Part shown: piece after piece, positions 21,031-30,244 of the stretch
How positions within the stretch are numbered: the first letter of the stretch is position 1
Layout of the letters: the number at the start of each line of letters is the position of its first letter
Assembly (NCBI GenBank): GCA_965215365.1
Contig: CBDCDS010000003.1
Span: 864,001-928,000 of the forward strand
Direction of reading: 5' to 3'
Length of the DNA stretch: 64,000 bases
Source of the DNA: Gammaproteobacteria bacterium
Lineage (GTDB): Bacteria > Pseudomonadota > Gammaproteobacteria > Eutrophobiales > Eutrophobiaceae
Notes under the pieces: generated by a model
The model's database searches: none
Told to the model about the DNA's origin: nothing
What the model saw: only the letters and a program-made list of their open reading frames with translations
Program-made: the position numbers and the translations under genes

Positions 21031-22675
21031 CGCGTTGTTTCCTGGGCGCTAGTCTGTTGTGCTCTGCTGTTGATCTTTGTCCGAACTCTTCCTGTTCGTA
21101 CAGCCCGGCATCTTCCACCATCTCTTCCGCGTCTGGCAATACCGGATCTGGATTGAGCCGGGGAAACAGTGCCACGACGCGTTGATCATCAATGATCGTG
21201 GTATCTTTTGTGCCTAGCGCGTGGTACCTGATGACCTCGCGCACCTGCGTATCCACGCCCAGCGAACCGGCGAGGCGCAGGTAGTAGTCAGCGCGCGCCT
21301 TTTCGCCACCGGTGGGTTCTGCAAGGTAAGTCAGCAATTCTTCTTCCTGGCTTTTTGACAGCTTCCGACGCAAGGCATCATAGGCCTCTTTAACAGGCTG
21401 ACCAGCCCCGCTTTCAAAATACTCCCGGTGGAATATCATGCCTGACGGATAGCTCAGAAGGCGCATAAATTCCTCGTTATTTTTACCAAACGCGCGTTGA
21501 AAAAAGGCGGGGTTCCCACTGACCATGCCGTGGGTGGCCTGCAGGATAACCTGGAACGTGCGCAGGTAGTAGCGGTTCCAGCGTGGCCCGACATGCGACC
21601 GATCTTTCAAAGTAACCGGCTGGTAGCGCATGGGGAAAGACCAGATACGAATGCCCAGTTCGTCATTCAGCTTTATGTTCAATGCCAGTCGCTCGTACAA
21701 GTCCTGCGGGGTATCCTTGAAATTGTAGAGCATATAGTTCGACAAAGAGGTAATCCTGTTGTCTGCCGCCATGCGCACCGACGTTTCATATACCTTGCGC
21801 ACGCCGATGTGGTCGAATGCAATACGCAGGGGGCTGAGGCAGATAGTAGCCATTTCCTTGAGATACATTGGCGACTTTGCCAGGATGCGGGCGTCCACCC
21901 CTTGGTTGAAGTCTACCCGGCGTTTTACCGGCCTGCCGTTGCGCGTCAGGGTAGCGCCCGGAGTGAAGCCCAGCGCCCTGATTTCTGCAATGATCTCCCG
22001 GTAACGGCTGGACGCAGTTATATTGTTGTCCATCAGGATCAGATCTTTCTTTTCACCGTGTCGGTCTGCAATATCTTGCACCAGAGCAGCCAGCGACGGC
22101 ATTTCCCTTTGTGTACCTTCCAGTTTGGGCACACCGCAGAAATGGCATTTGCGAATACAGCCCCTGGACGCATAGCAAAAATAGGCATCGTGGACCGGGT
22201 AAGTGTAGTCAATGTGCTCAAGGACACTGTAATCTGGAGTCTGTTCTTCAATGGGGACGCCGGTCGTGTCCTCTGCGCCAAAATCACCATCGGCGGCGGA
22301 CAGTGACAAAGCCTGTGCCGGCGGGCCATCCAGCAAGCCCGCAATAAACCGCACACCCGCCCAGCGTGGTTCGTTGATGAACTCCTGCAGCATAAGGGAA
22401 GCTGCGATACCCCCTACAAACACACGCTCCGACTGGTTGCCAGCGGCTTGTATGGCAAAGTCAATAGCTTGCGCGGTGCGCTTCCATTCAAAACTGAACA
22501 GCGTGGTCACATAGACCCGGTCCCACACCTCAAGCAACACTGCCCTGTCATCGCCCTTGACAAGTCTGACGAAATCGCCCCGCTTACGGTGATACGCCGC
22601 TAGCTTCATCAGGCCGAGGGGCGGATATTTATTGCGGTAGCCGGGTTCTACCAAGAGGACTCTGAAGCGGGTCAT
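21020..22675 (-). CDS. Radical SAM protein with a B12-binding-like N-terminal domain
   Basis: SRGCIRKCHFC (CxxxCxxC); YPPLGLMKLAAY N-terminus; LMDNN, VDFNQG. Confidence 0.9.
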   Translation of the reverse strand: MTRFRVLLVEPGYRNKYPPLGLMKLAAYHRKRGDFVRLVKGDDRAVLLEVWDRVYVTTLFSFEWKRTAQAIDFAIQAAGNQSERVFVGGIAASLMLQEFINEPRWAGVRFIAGLLDGPPAQALSLSAADGDFGAEDTTGVPIEEQTPDYSVLEHIDYTYPVHDAYFCYASRGCIRKCHFCGVPKLEGTQREMPSLAALVQDIADRHGEKKDLILMDNNITASSRYREIIAEIRALGFTPGATLTRNGRPVKRRVDFNQGVDARILAKSPMYLKEMATICLSPLRIAFDHIGVRKVYETSVRMAADNRITSLSNYMLYNFKDTPQDLYERLALNIKLNDELGIRIWSFPMRYQPVTLKDRSHVGPRWNRYYLRTFQVILQATHGMVSGNPAFFQRAFGKNNEEFMRLLSYPSGMIFHREYFESGAGQPVKEAYDALRRKLSKSQEEELLTYLAEPTGGEKARADYYLRLAGSLGVDTQVREVIRYHALGTKDTTIIDDQRVVALFPRLNPDPVLPDAEEMVEDAGLYEQEEFGQRSTAEHNRLAPRKQRVGS

Positions 22676-23676
22676 TGGCTTATTTTTTCAATCATACTGT
22701 ATATTCTGTCGACTTCCCGCTTAAGTTTACGAGTATCCTGTTTTATTGCATTTAGTGTGTTCTGGTCTGATTTTTTCAACTCTTTTTCTTCAATAGTCTC
22801 GATGGTGCCAAGTGCGCGTCTGACCCGTTGCTGTACCTTGCTGGTTTTTGCTTCTTGATAGGCGTCATCAAAAGTCAAATCTTCTTCAATATATTTTTTC
22901 AGAATCTTGGGTTTGCCTATGATTGCTGGGAGCTTGTTTCTCAGTTCCAGAGCTGTGAAATCATTTTCATCATTATCTAGGCCAGCATGCCTGATCCTTT
23001 TCAAGAGAAGATTTTTCAAGCGTCCATCTTCTTCGGTTGCCTGCACAATTTTCCGTGTTGTGACCATAACCTCGTAATAGCTGAAGTGAGATGGCTCCTC
23101 ATCCCCATTTCTCTTCATTTGATCAATAACTCTGACCCTGTTGCTGATAGTTTTCTCAGTCTCACCAAACAACTTGGCGATATTTGTTTCTGTCCAACCC
23201 CTCTCTTTCCTTACATAGGCAAGATTGGCTTTTTCATACGCTGACCATTGCGTCTTGCCTTTTACGTGAATCTGGTTAAGAAATGCAAATTGCTGTTCAT
23301 CCGTTAGCTTGCTGACTATGTCGCATTGGATCAGTCCCCAATCCTTTTCGGGCTGCTTTTTGTGGAGTTTACGATAGACGGCAAGCCGAGAATTGCCCTC
23401 GATAACTTCCATAGTGTCGTGGCGAACCAATATCGCTTCCAGGAGGCCCCCGTGTCTTTTTATCTCAGGCTCCAGATTTTTAACGCTGGCCTCCTTTAGA
23501 AGTTTTTCGTATATGAGATCTTGCTGTTCCTCTTCCGATAATTCGTTAAATTCCGATATTCCATGGGTACACGCATACACCCGCGGATTGTCGGACAGGA
23601 ATTTCAGTTTGTGTATTTCCAGAAAATCAGAAGAAACTTCGATGTTCTCTCCCATTATTTTTATGGAACGAGTCAT
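22672..23676 (-). CDS. ParB/Sulfiredoxin-like domain protein
   Basis: DNPR, GGLLEAILV, VIEGNSRLA motifs; HTH-like segment downstream. Confidence 0.8.
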   Translation of the reverse strand: MTRSIKIMGENIEVSSDFLEIHKLKFLSDNPRVYACTHGISEFNELSEEEQQDLIYEKLLKEASVKNLEPEIKRHGGLLEAILVRHDTMEVIEGNSRLAVYRKLHKKQPEKDWGLIQCDIVSKLTDEQQFAFLNQIHVKGKTQWSAYEKANLAYVRKERGWTETNIAKLFGETEKTISNRVRVIDQMKRNGDEEPSHFSYYEVMVTTRKIVQATEEDGRLKNLLLKRIRHAGLDNDENDFTALELRNKLPAIIGKPKILKKYIEEDLTFDDAYQEAKTSKVQQRVRRALGTIETIEEKELKKSDQNTLNAIKQDTRKLKREVDRIYSMIEKISQ

Positions 23677-25175
23677 GTGATCGGTGTCTCCTCAAAGTTT
23701 TGGTTTTGGTTGCGTTTGCTGGGTGCCAGAATACGTTTCAGTTCGCCAGACAGATCAGCGTTAAACATCTGAGTAAATTCGGTGCCAGATATGTCTCCCT
23801 GCACCAGCTGCGCCGCTTGATGCTTCGCATTCAACAACGTATCCACCCATTCGTCAATAGTATTGTTCGCTGTCAGGTTATGCACGAAACAGTCGTCAGT
23901 TTGGGAAATTCGGTGAATGCGGTCCTGGGCTTGCAAGTAATCGTCGAGGCTGAAACTGCGGTCAAAAAATACCGCATGGTTGGCAACAGTGAGCGTCAAA
24001 CCCTCCTTTGCTGCACCAGGTGTGGCAATCAATATTCGATTGTCGTTATCGGTTTTGAATTTCCCGACCGCTTCATTGCGTTCTGCAATAGTCAAATTGC
24101 CGTGCAGTTTTTGTGGATTGTAATGTTGCAACCTGTCACTCAGCCACTCCACATTAGCAATAAAACTGGTCCATACTATAGCTTTGCTTGACGAAAGAAT
24201 GTCTATTTCCTGAAACAACTCGAACAGTTTCGTATATTTCCCCGGATCGCTTTTGTACGCTTTGTCCACCAGCGCGGGATTCGAAGCACATTGCACCAAC
24301 CGCAGAAGTTGTTTCAGGATACTTTCCACCTCATCAATAACTACCTCTCCATCAACCACAAATTCGTGTGCAAGAGTATCTCTATAAGACTCATAAATGG
24401 CGGCTTGTCTAGGCTCCATTTCAACAGGATGTGTCAAGATCATTTTGTCTGGCAGTTCCAATCCCGCAGTTTTTTTTGTCTTGCGTATGGAGAACGGCTT
24501 TAGTTTCTGCAGGATACCGGAGAGTCGGTCAGCGTACTCATGTCCGGTATGTTGTGTTTTCGGTAGATCAAAATCATTTTCAAATTCGGCGAAGGAACTG
24601 CCGAGCGCTTGCCCATCATCAAGGAATCTGATCTGCGACCAGATGTCGTAGGGACGATTAGCAACAGGTGTGCCGGTCATAATAATGCGGCGCGTAAAAC
24701 CATCTGCAATGGTGAGAAAGTCCTTTGTAATCCTGGCTTCTGGATTTTTTATTTTTTGGCTTTCGTCCAGAATGGCGCCAACCCGGCAGGTATCAAGGAA
24801 CAGCCTTAATAACTCAAAATTCGCCGAGACCAGTTCATAGTTCGTAATGTAAACCAGTATGGGAGAATTTAACGCGATGCTGTTTTCACGTCGATTACCG
24901 GATAAGATTTTTGGAGTTATGTGTGAATGAGCGACCACTTCTTCGAACCAGTTTTGTACCAGCATTTTCTTGGTTATAACAAACACCGTGTCAATAACAT
25001 CTGCCTCCAGCCAGTGTAATAATAAATCGACCGCTATCTTAGTTTTTCCCAATCCTTGTTCGTGAAATATCGCGGCGTAGGAAAGCGATTTAACCGCCCT
25101 TACAGCGTCAACCTGATACGGGTAGGCATCCAGTTTGGGCGTTAACTTCGGGGGTTTTCTTAGGTTAAAAGCCAC
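23673..25175 (-). CDS. SNF2-family (SF2) helicase/translocase
   Basis: EQGLGKT, ILDESQKIKN, MTGTPVAN, EGLTLT, QAQDRIHRISQ. Confidence 0.92.
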   Translation of the reverse strand: MAFNLRKPPKLTPKLDAYPYQVDAVRAVKSLSYAAIFHEQGLGKTKIAVDLLLHWLEADVIDTVFVITKKMLVQNWFEEVVAHSHITPKILSGNRRENSIALNSPILVYITNYELVSANFELLRLFLDTCRVGAILDESQKIKNPEARITKDFLTIADGFTRRIIMTGTPVANRPYDIWSQIRFLDDGQALGSSFAEFENDFDLPKTQHTGHEYADRLSGILQKLKPFSIRKTKKTAGLELPDKMILTHPVEMEPRQAAIYESYRDTLAHEFVVDGEVVIDEVESILKQLLRLVQCASNPALVDKAYKSDPGKYTKLFELFQEIDILSSSKAIVWTSFIANVEWLSDRLQHYNPQKLHGNLTIAERNEAVGKFKTDNDNRILIATPGAAKEGLTLTVANHAVFFDRSFSLDDYLQAQDRIHRISQTDDCFVHNLTANNTIDEWVDTLLNAKHQAAQLVQGDISGTEFTQMFNADLSGELKRILAPSKRNQNQNFEETPIT

Positions 25176-25603
25176 TGTATTCCGCCGTGAGAGTCAAGCA
25201 GCCACAAATCACAGGTGTCAAACACTTCCAACTTCGTGTTCTTGACTTGCAATTCCATACGCATAAACCGGAGCAGAGTTTTAGCGCGAGTTGCGCCAAC
25301 ACCCGTTACCACGAGAATAAAATAACCCAGTTTTTGCCTTTCCAGATGGCTTATGAAAGAGGTCAGTTGCGCGCGGGTATGCGGGCTGTCAATGTCATTA
25401 TCTGTTTTAGCCTCTGCGATAACAACCAACCCCTCACAATCTTGCCGAGCATATACATCCGGCCTGTAACCACCAATGAATGGCGGCAGTTCGTCGCCGG
25501 GAGACTGTTGCAAATCAGCGTTGAGCTTGAGCCCCGGGTAGCGTTGCACAAGTTTCTCGACGATTGACTGAACTAGACTCCTGTGGGCATCACTTTGAGA
25601 CAT
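25160..25603 (-). CDS. Small PD-(D/E)xK nuclease-fold protein
   Basis: RPDVYAR...IAEAKT. Confidence 0.7.
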   Translation of the reverse strand: MSQSDAHRSLVQSIVEKLVQRYPGLKLNADLQQSPGDELPPFIGGYRPDVYARQDCEGLVVIAEAKTDNDIDSPHTRAQLTSFISHLERQKLGYFILVVTGVGATRAKTLLRFMRMELQVKNTKLEVFDTCDLWLLDSHGGIQWLLT

Positions 25604-26624
25604 TACTTAACAGGTGTTGCAACTGTTCTTCCAGATCTTCAAGTGCTTGTACTTGTTCTTTGGCATCATCGTGTTCTCTATCCATAAGGTGACGCAGTTC
25701 GGAGAGGGGCATGTCGTCTATACGACGCGCCAGCGTCTCCGCCAACTGGTAAATCGATGCACTCCGTAGCGTTACCTTGCTCGGCGCTCCTCCCTTCTTT
25801 TTGTCGGCCTTGTTGTCACATACTTTGATCGCGTCCTCTATTGAACGAGGCCCACCGTCAAGAAACTTTTCCTTTGCTTCTTCGTCGCGCAAAACTTTCG
25901 GTAACTGACGTACATCGGCCAGACGGTATATTTTGCCATCCTTAATCCATCCGCCAAAGTCCTCCATCTCAAGTCCGGCTTCAAAAATAGCTTCCTTGAT
26001 GCCCGGTTTTTGTAACTCAACGAAACCGCTGAAACGGTCAATGTGGAACGCGGCATCGTCAACCAGCTCTCGGTAGTAATCATTCATATCGTGGTATGCG
26101 TCAATTTGCCGCTCGATATCCTTTCTATTGCCACCGCAGAGGGCGATCATCTGGTCGTAGTCCATAAACTTCTGGTTGCGTAGATAATGCAGATACCTCG
26201 CTTTTTCGTAAGCCGGCCACTCTCGGGTGCCGACAAGATGCGTCGACACGCGAATTGCTTCAATGTCTTCCTGCCTCGCGTTATCAAGCACTATGGCATT
26301 GATCTCATACCAGTTGCCGGGCGCACCTTCCTTGAACAGTTCCTTATAGATTGCAAGCCGGGTATTCCCGTCTATGCAAACCCTTCTCTTTCCATCGTGG
26401 TTGACGGTAATCGGCACAGTGATTCCGCCGTTTGCCCGAATTGAGCCTCTGAGGCGGTTATACGACGAGGCGCCATTGGATTCTTCTGTGGCAGAGCGCA
26501 AAGCAAAATGAATACGTTCTGCGTTCAACCCATCACCGTATTTTTCGAGGGCTTTTTTTATTCGGGGGTTGTCCGTGTCGAAATCTATGGTTTCGACTTT
26601 CAGCATTTCAAACTTTTCTCTCAT
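25590..26624 (-). CDS. ParB/Sulfiredoxin-like domain protein
   Basis: DNPRI, GGITVPITV, CIDGNTRLA, WPAYEKA (paralogous to WSAYEKA in 22672-23676). Confidence 0.8.
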   Translation of the reverse strand: MREKFEMLKVETIDFDTDNPRIKKALEKYGDGLNAERIHFALRSATEESNGASSYNRLRGSIRANGGITVPITVNHDGKRRVCIDGNTRLAIYKELFKEGAPGNWYEINAIVLDNARQEDIEAIRVSTHLVGTREWPAYEKARYLHYLRNQKFMDYDQMIALCGGNRKDIERQIDAYHDMNDYYRELVDDAAFHIDRFSGFVELQKPGIKEAIFEAGLEMEDFGGWIKDGKIYRLADVRQLPKVLRDEEAKEKFLDGGPRSIEDAIKVCDNKADKKKGGAPSKVTLRSASIYQLAETLARRIDDMPLSELRHLMDREHDDAKEQVQALEDLEEQLQHLLSNVSK

Positions 26625-26743
26625 CGTCTGTCACCTGACGTTAATGTGATCTTCCTGTATTTTGTCAGAATCAACCTATGCGTTGGCTGACAAGTGTAAC
26701 TATGCCGGTCAGTATATCTTTGTGACCAACTGATTGCAAGGAG

Positions 26744-27877
26744 TGTCCAGGTTCAATACATATGAGACTCAGAGGCAGGCTGTGTGAGTTGTTGATAATA
26801 CTCCATTGGGGTTAATAAACCAATACCGTCATGCGGGCGGTAGGTATTGTAGTATTGCTGATACTCGGCCAGTTTGCGGTTGATGGCGGCCACGGTCAGT
26901 GGACCCTCGTAGAACGGATAGAACTCATAGCGGCTGGTGGCATTGGCGCGTTCTACACAGCCGTTGTATTCGGGTTTTTTCGGGGGCAGCACGTACAGGG
27001 GGATTCCTAAGTCCTGGCAAGCCTGCTCGAACTCATCTCGGAACTCCGAGCCGCCATCGACCTGGATAGAACGGATGGGAAACGGCGCCTCACCGAGCAG
27101 CGCTTTTAAGAAGCGCCGGGCATTGCCACTGGTGGCCCGACTGTAGGCTCGCAGCGCACTCCATTTGCTCACCGGACAGACGGCCTTGAACTCCTTCACC
27201 GTGATGCCGTCCGTGAAGCCGACACTCATGTGGTCTATCTGCATCAACTCCCCTGGCGCCTTAGCCTTCATCCCGTAGCGCCAGCGCTTGGCATGATGGG
27301 TAAACGCCCGGCGGCGCTTAGGCTTCACCCGGCCATAGTAAAACGCCACCGGCTTGACCCGACCTAGCCGCACCAGCTTCGCCACGATGCGCCCGACCGT
27401 ACTCTCGCTCAAAGTCCAGCCCTGCTCGCGCACCCCCACCCGCCAGAGCTTGCGCTTGCCCCATAACGGATAACGTTGGCGAAGGTGCAAGACCTGCTGC
27501 TCGTGCTGGCGCGTCCATTGCGGCACACGCCGCCGCCGCGGCGCACGGGAGCCACACCCCAGACCCTTCAGCCCATGTTCACGATACCGCTTCAACCAAC
27601 GGTAGTAGGTCGCCCTCGACCCACCTACTGCTGCCAGTGCCGTCGCCTCACCACACCCATCCTCGCGTAACGTCGCAACTAATTCCAACTGCTTCAAACG
27701 ACCGCGCGCGTCAGCATCGGTAGTATCATCGACGCGCCAACTGCGATATGATTTCACCCGCTTACCTTTTGATCTGCATCGGGTAGTCCTCCTGTGTAAG
27801 TTAATCGAAATCACTTTACACACTTCACTACCCGATTTCTTTATCTAAAGAGTCTCACTTGTTTCTGAACCCGGACA
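26744..27877 (-). mobile_element. IS481-family element, copy 2
   Basis: Same ends and near-identical sequence to 8651-9782; no flanking duplication; ATG-CAG-ATC-AAA-AGG-TAA gives a premature stop from the copy-1 start. Confidence 0.92.
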
Positions 27878-27930
27878 GCTACAAATATCAACTAGGCACT
27901 ATAACTGCCTGTTCCAAAAAACGTTTTGAT

Positions 27931-28311
27931 TTACAAGAGATTTTCAGATAAAGTAAGCACCAGACCGTCGAAGTCGGGAGCTCGGTAGGCAGATCGAGCC
28001 GTTTTTTGATGATCGCGACCAGGACATAAACGCCAGTTGCGGGTTTGGTTGGCATGGGCCAGGGTATTACGGGCGACCCTGCCGCGTAGTCCTAAGTGGT
28101 AGAGTTTGTCCGGGTGTGCGCGCAGGCAGACCTCGATATCGCGCAGGCTCTCGCGGTGGGTGAGTTGGGCGAAGGCCAGGCATAGGAACTGGTCGAGGCA
28201 GGTAAAAGACTTGACGTAGCGGTTACCGTGGTAGCGTTGGACGCAGCGGCGGAATGCTTTCATGGGTAGGTGGTCCATGACTTGCGAGAAGACAAATTGG
28301 CCGGTGGGCAT
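27931..28311 (-). pseudogene. IS4-family transposase remnant (DUF4372-like N-terminus)
   Basis: GQFVFSQVMD...FTCLDQFLCLAFAQLTHRESLRDIE; DDE domain missing. Confidence 0.85.
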
Positions 28312-28465
28312 GGTGATTTCTCCTGATGATGATGAACATCGGGAGGGTAACATCAACCGGCGGCGGCAGTTTTAATCGATACCCCTGAAAAATCTCTGAT
28401 TTATGAACAAAATGAATGAGTTATACTACATCAATATGATTTTCTTGGGACACTAATGATAAATC

Positions 28466-29557
28466 ATGGCTAAACTGGAAAGTCTCACCGTTCACGGCTT
28501 CAAATCGATCCGGTCACTGGAGGACTTCAAACCCGGGCCTCTTAATGTTCTTATCGGGGCAAATGGCGCTGGGAAGAGTAATTTCATTAGTCTGTTCAAT
28601 ATGCTGGCACGTGTTGTCGAGCGGCGCTTTCAGGTTTTTGTTGCTGAACAGGATGGCCCGGAAGCAATGCTTTTTGGCGGCAGGAAGCGGACTGAGCGTA
28701 TGGAAGTCGAGCTCACCTTTGGCAAAAACGCTTATGGTTTCTCTCTTGTTCCGGCAGGTAACCGGCTGATATTCGATCAGGAGAAAATGCGTGTTTTTGG
28801 CGACTGGAAAACGTCCACGCACACACTAGGCAGCGGTCATGACGAATCCAGGCTGAAAGATGCAGAAGATACCGGGCAGAGCAGCTTTGCCTCTTACGTG
28901 TCGGCTGCGGTAAGGAGTTGGCGGGTGTACCATTTCCATGACACCAGTGCGACAGCGCCGATGCGCCAGTCACAGGCAGTTCGGGACAATATGTATCTCA
29001 AACCTGATGCAGGCAACCTGGGGCCTTTTCTGCGCTATTTGCGCGAGCAGCACCCGGAACATTACCGGCAAATCATGGAAACAGTCCGGTTGGCAGCGCC
29101 ATTCTTCGACGATACGATTTATCGAAAGAATACCGATGAGCGGATGGAACTGGAATGGTCCCACAGGAATGACCCTGATACGGTACTGGGACCGCGTCAG
29201 CTTTCAGACGGGACACTTCGTTTTATCTGCCTCACGACTCTACTTCTGCAACCACCAAGCCTGCTGCCGGACTTGATACTTGTCGATGAACCTGAGCTGG
29301 GCTTGCATCCTTACGCGCTCAGCTTATTGGCTGAGATGTTAAGACAAGCCTGCGATGCAAGACAGCTTATTGTTTCAACACAATCCGCCGACCTTGTTAG
29401 TGAACTTGCTCCCGATGACATCGTTGTGGTCGACCGCCAAGATGAGGCGTCCTGCTTCAGAAGACTGGATGCTGATAACCTGGAGGAGTGGCTGCAAGAC
29501 TATGCGCTGGGCGATATGTGGAAGATGAATATCCTTGGTGGCAGGCCTGGCCAGTGA
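28466..29557 (+). CDS. ABC-type (AAA_21/AAA_15-like) ATPase
   Basis: GANGAGKS, LSDGT signature, ILVDEPELGLH, STQS. Confidence 0.92.
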   Translation: MAKLESLTVHGFKSIRSLEDFKPGPLNVLIGANGAGKSNFISLFNMLARVVERRFQVFVAEQDGPEAMLFGGRKRTERMEVELTFGKNAYGFSLVPAGNRLIFDQEKMRVFGDWKTSTHTLGSGHDESRLKDAEDTGQSSFASYVSAAVRSWRVYHFHDTSATAPMRQSQAVRDNMYLKPDAGNLGPFLRYLREQHPEHYRQIMETVRLAAPFFDDTIYRKNTDERMELEWSHRNDPDTVLGPRQLSDGTLRFICLTTLLLQPPSLLPDLILVDEPELGLHPYALSLLAEMLRQACDARQLIVSTQSADLVSELAPDDIVVVDRQDEASCFRRLDADNLEEWLQDYALGDMWKMNILGGRPGQ

Positions 29558-30240
29558 TAAATATCATTGTCGTCTGCGAAGGCCAGACTGAAGAGGTTTT
29601 TGTAAATAAGGTGCTACTGCCAGAACTGTTAACACGAGACGTATTTATCCAGCCGAGACTGATTGCAACATCCAAGCGGTCGAAAGGGGGGGCGCTTGCC
29701 GGACAAAGGGTGCTACGCTTTCTCCGTAATACTTTGCGAGAACGCAAAGATGCTTATGTGACAACACTCTTCGATATGTACGGGTTGCCCGCCGGCTTTC
29801 CCGGCCTTTCGGCTGCTATTTCTGAAACCGATCCATTGGCTCGGGCTACAGCAATTGAAGTCGGTTTCCATGCAGAGGTCATTAGTGAAGCAGAGTGTCG
29901 TGAAGGCCGGTTCATACCACATATTCAGCCGCACGAATTTGAGTCCCTGCTTTTCTCAGACGTATCGCAGTTTGCCCAAGCCGAGCCGACATGGAAACCG
30001 TTCGTCAGCCAGTTTGAAACACTTGCACAATCCGCCTCAAGCCCTGAGCACATTAACGATGGACCTGAAACACATCCTTCGGCGCGTCTCCGACAGCTGC
30101 GTCCTCCATACAAAAAGGTGAGCCATGGGTATGCCATCTCTTCAAGGATTGGCCTTGAGTGCATTCGAAATAAATGTCGCCATTTTAACAAGTGGTTATC
30201 ACGCATTGAAAGCGTTCAACCGTTGAAACAGGCAGGGTAG
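29554..30240 (+). CDS. DUF4276-like TOPRIM-fold protein
   Basis: [31 protein letters not shown]; GTGA overlap with the ATPase. Confidence 0.8.
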   Translation: MINIIVVCEGQTEEVFVNKVLLPELLTRDVFIQPRLIATSKRSKGGALAGQRVLRFLRNTLRERKDAYVTTLFDMYGLPAGFPGLSAAISETDPLARATAIEVGFHAEVISEAECREGRFIPHIQPHEFESLLFSDVSQFAQAEPTWKPFVSQFETLAQSASSPEHINDGPETHPSARLRQLRPPYKKVSHGYAISSRIGLECIRNKCRHFNKWLSRIESVQPLKQAG

Positions 30241-30244
30241 CTCC

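Noticed and set aside
22672-26624. Plasmid or chromosome partition locus
   Set aside because: No ParA or rep gene and no parS-like repeats seen; the ParB-like genes are embedded with helicase and nuclease genes.
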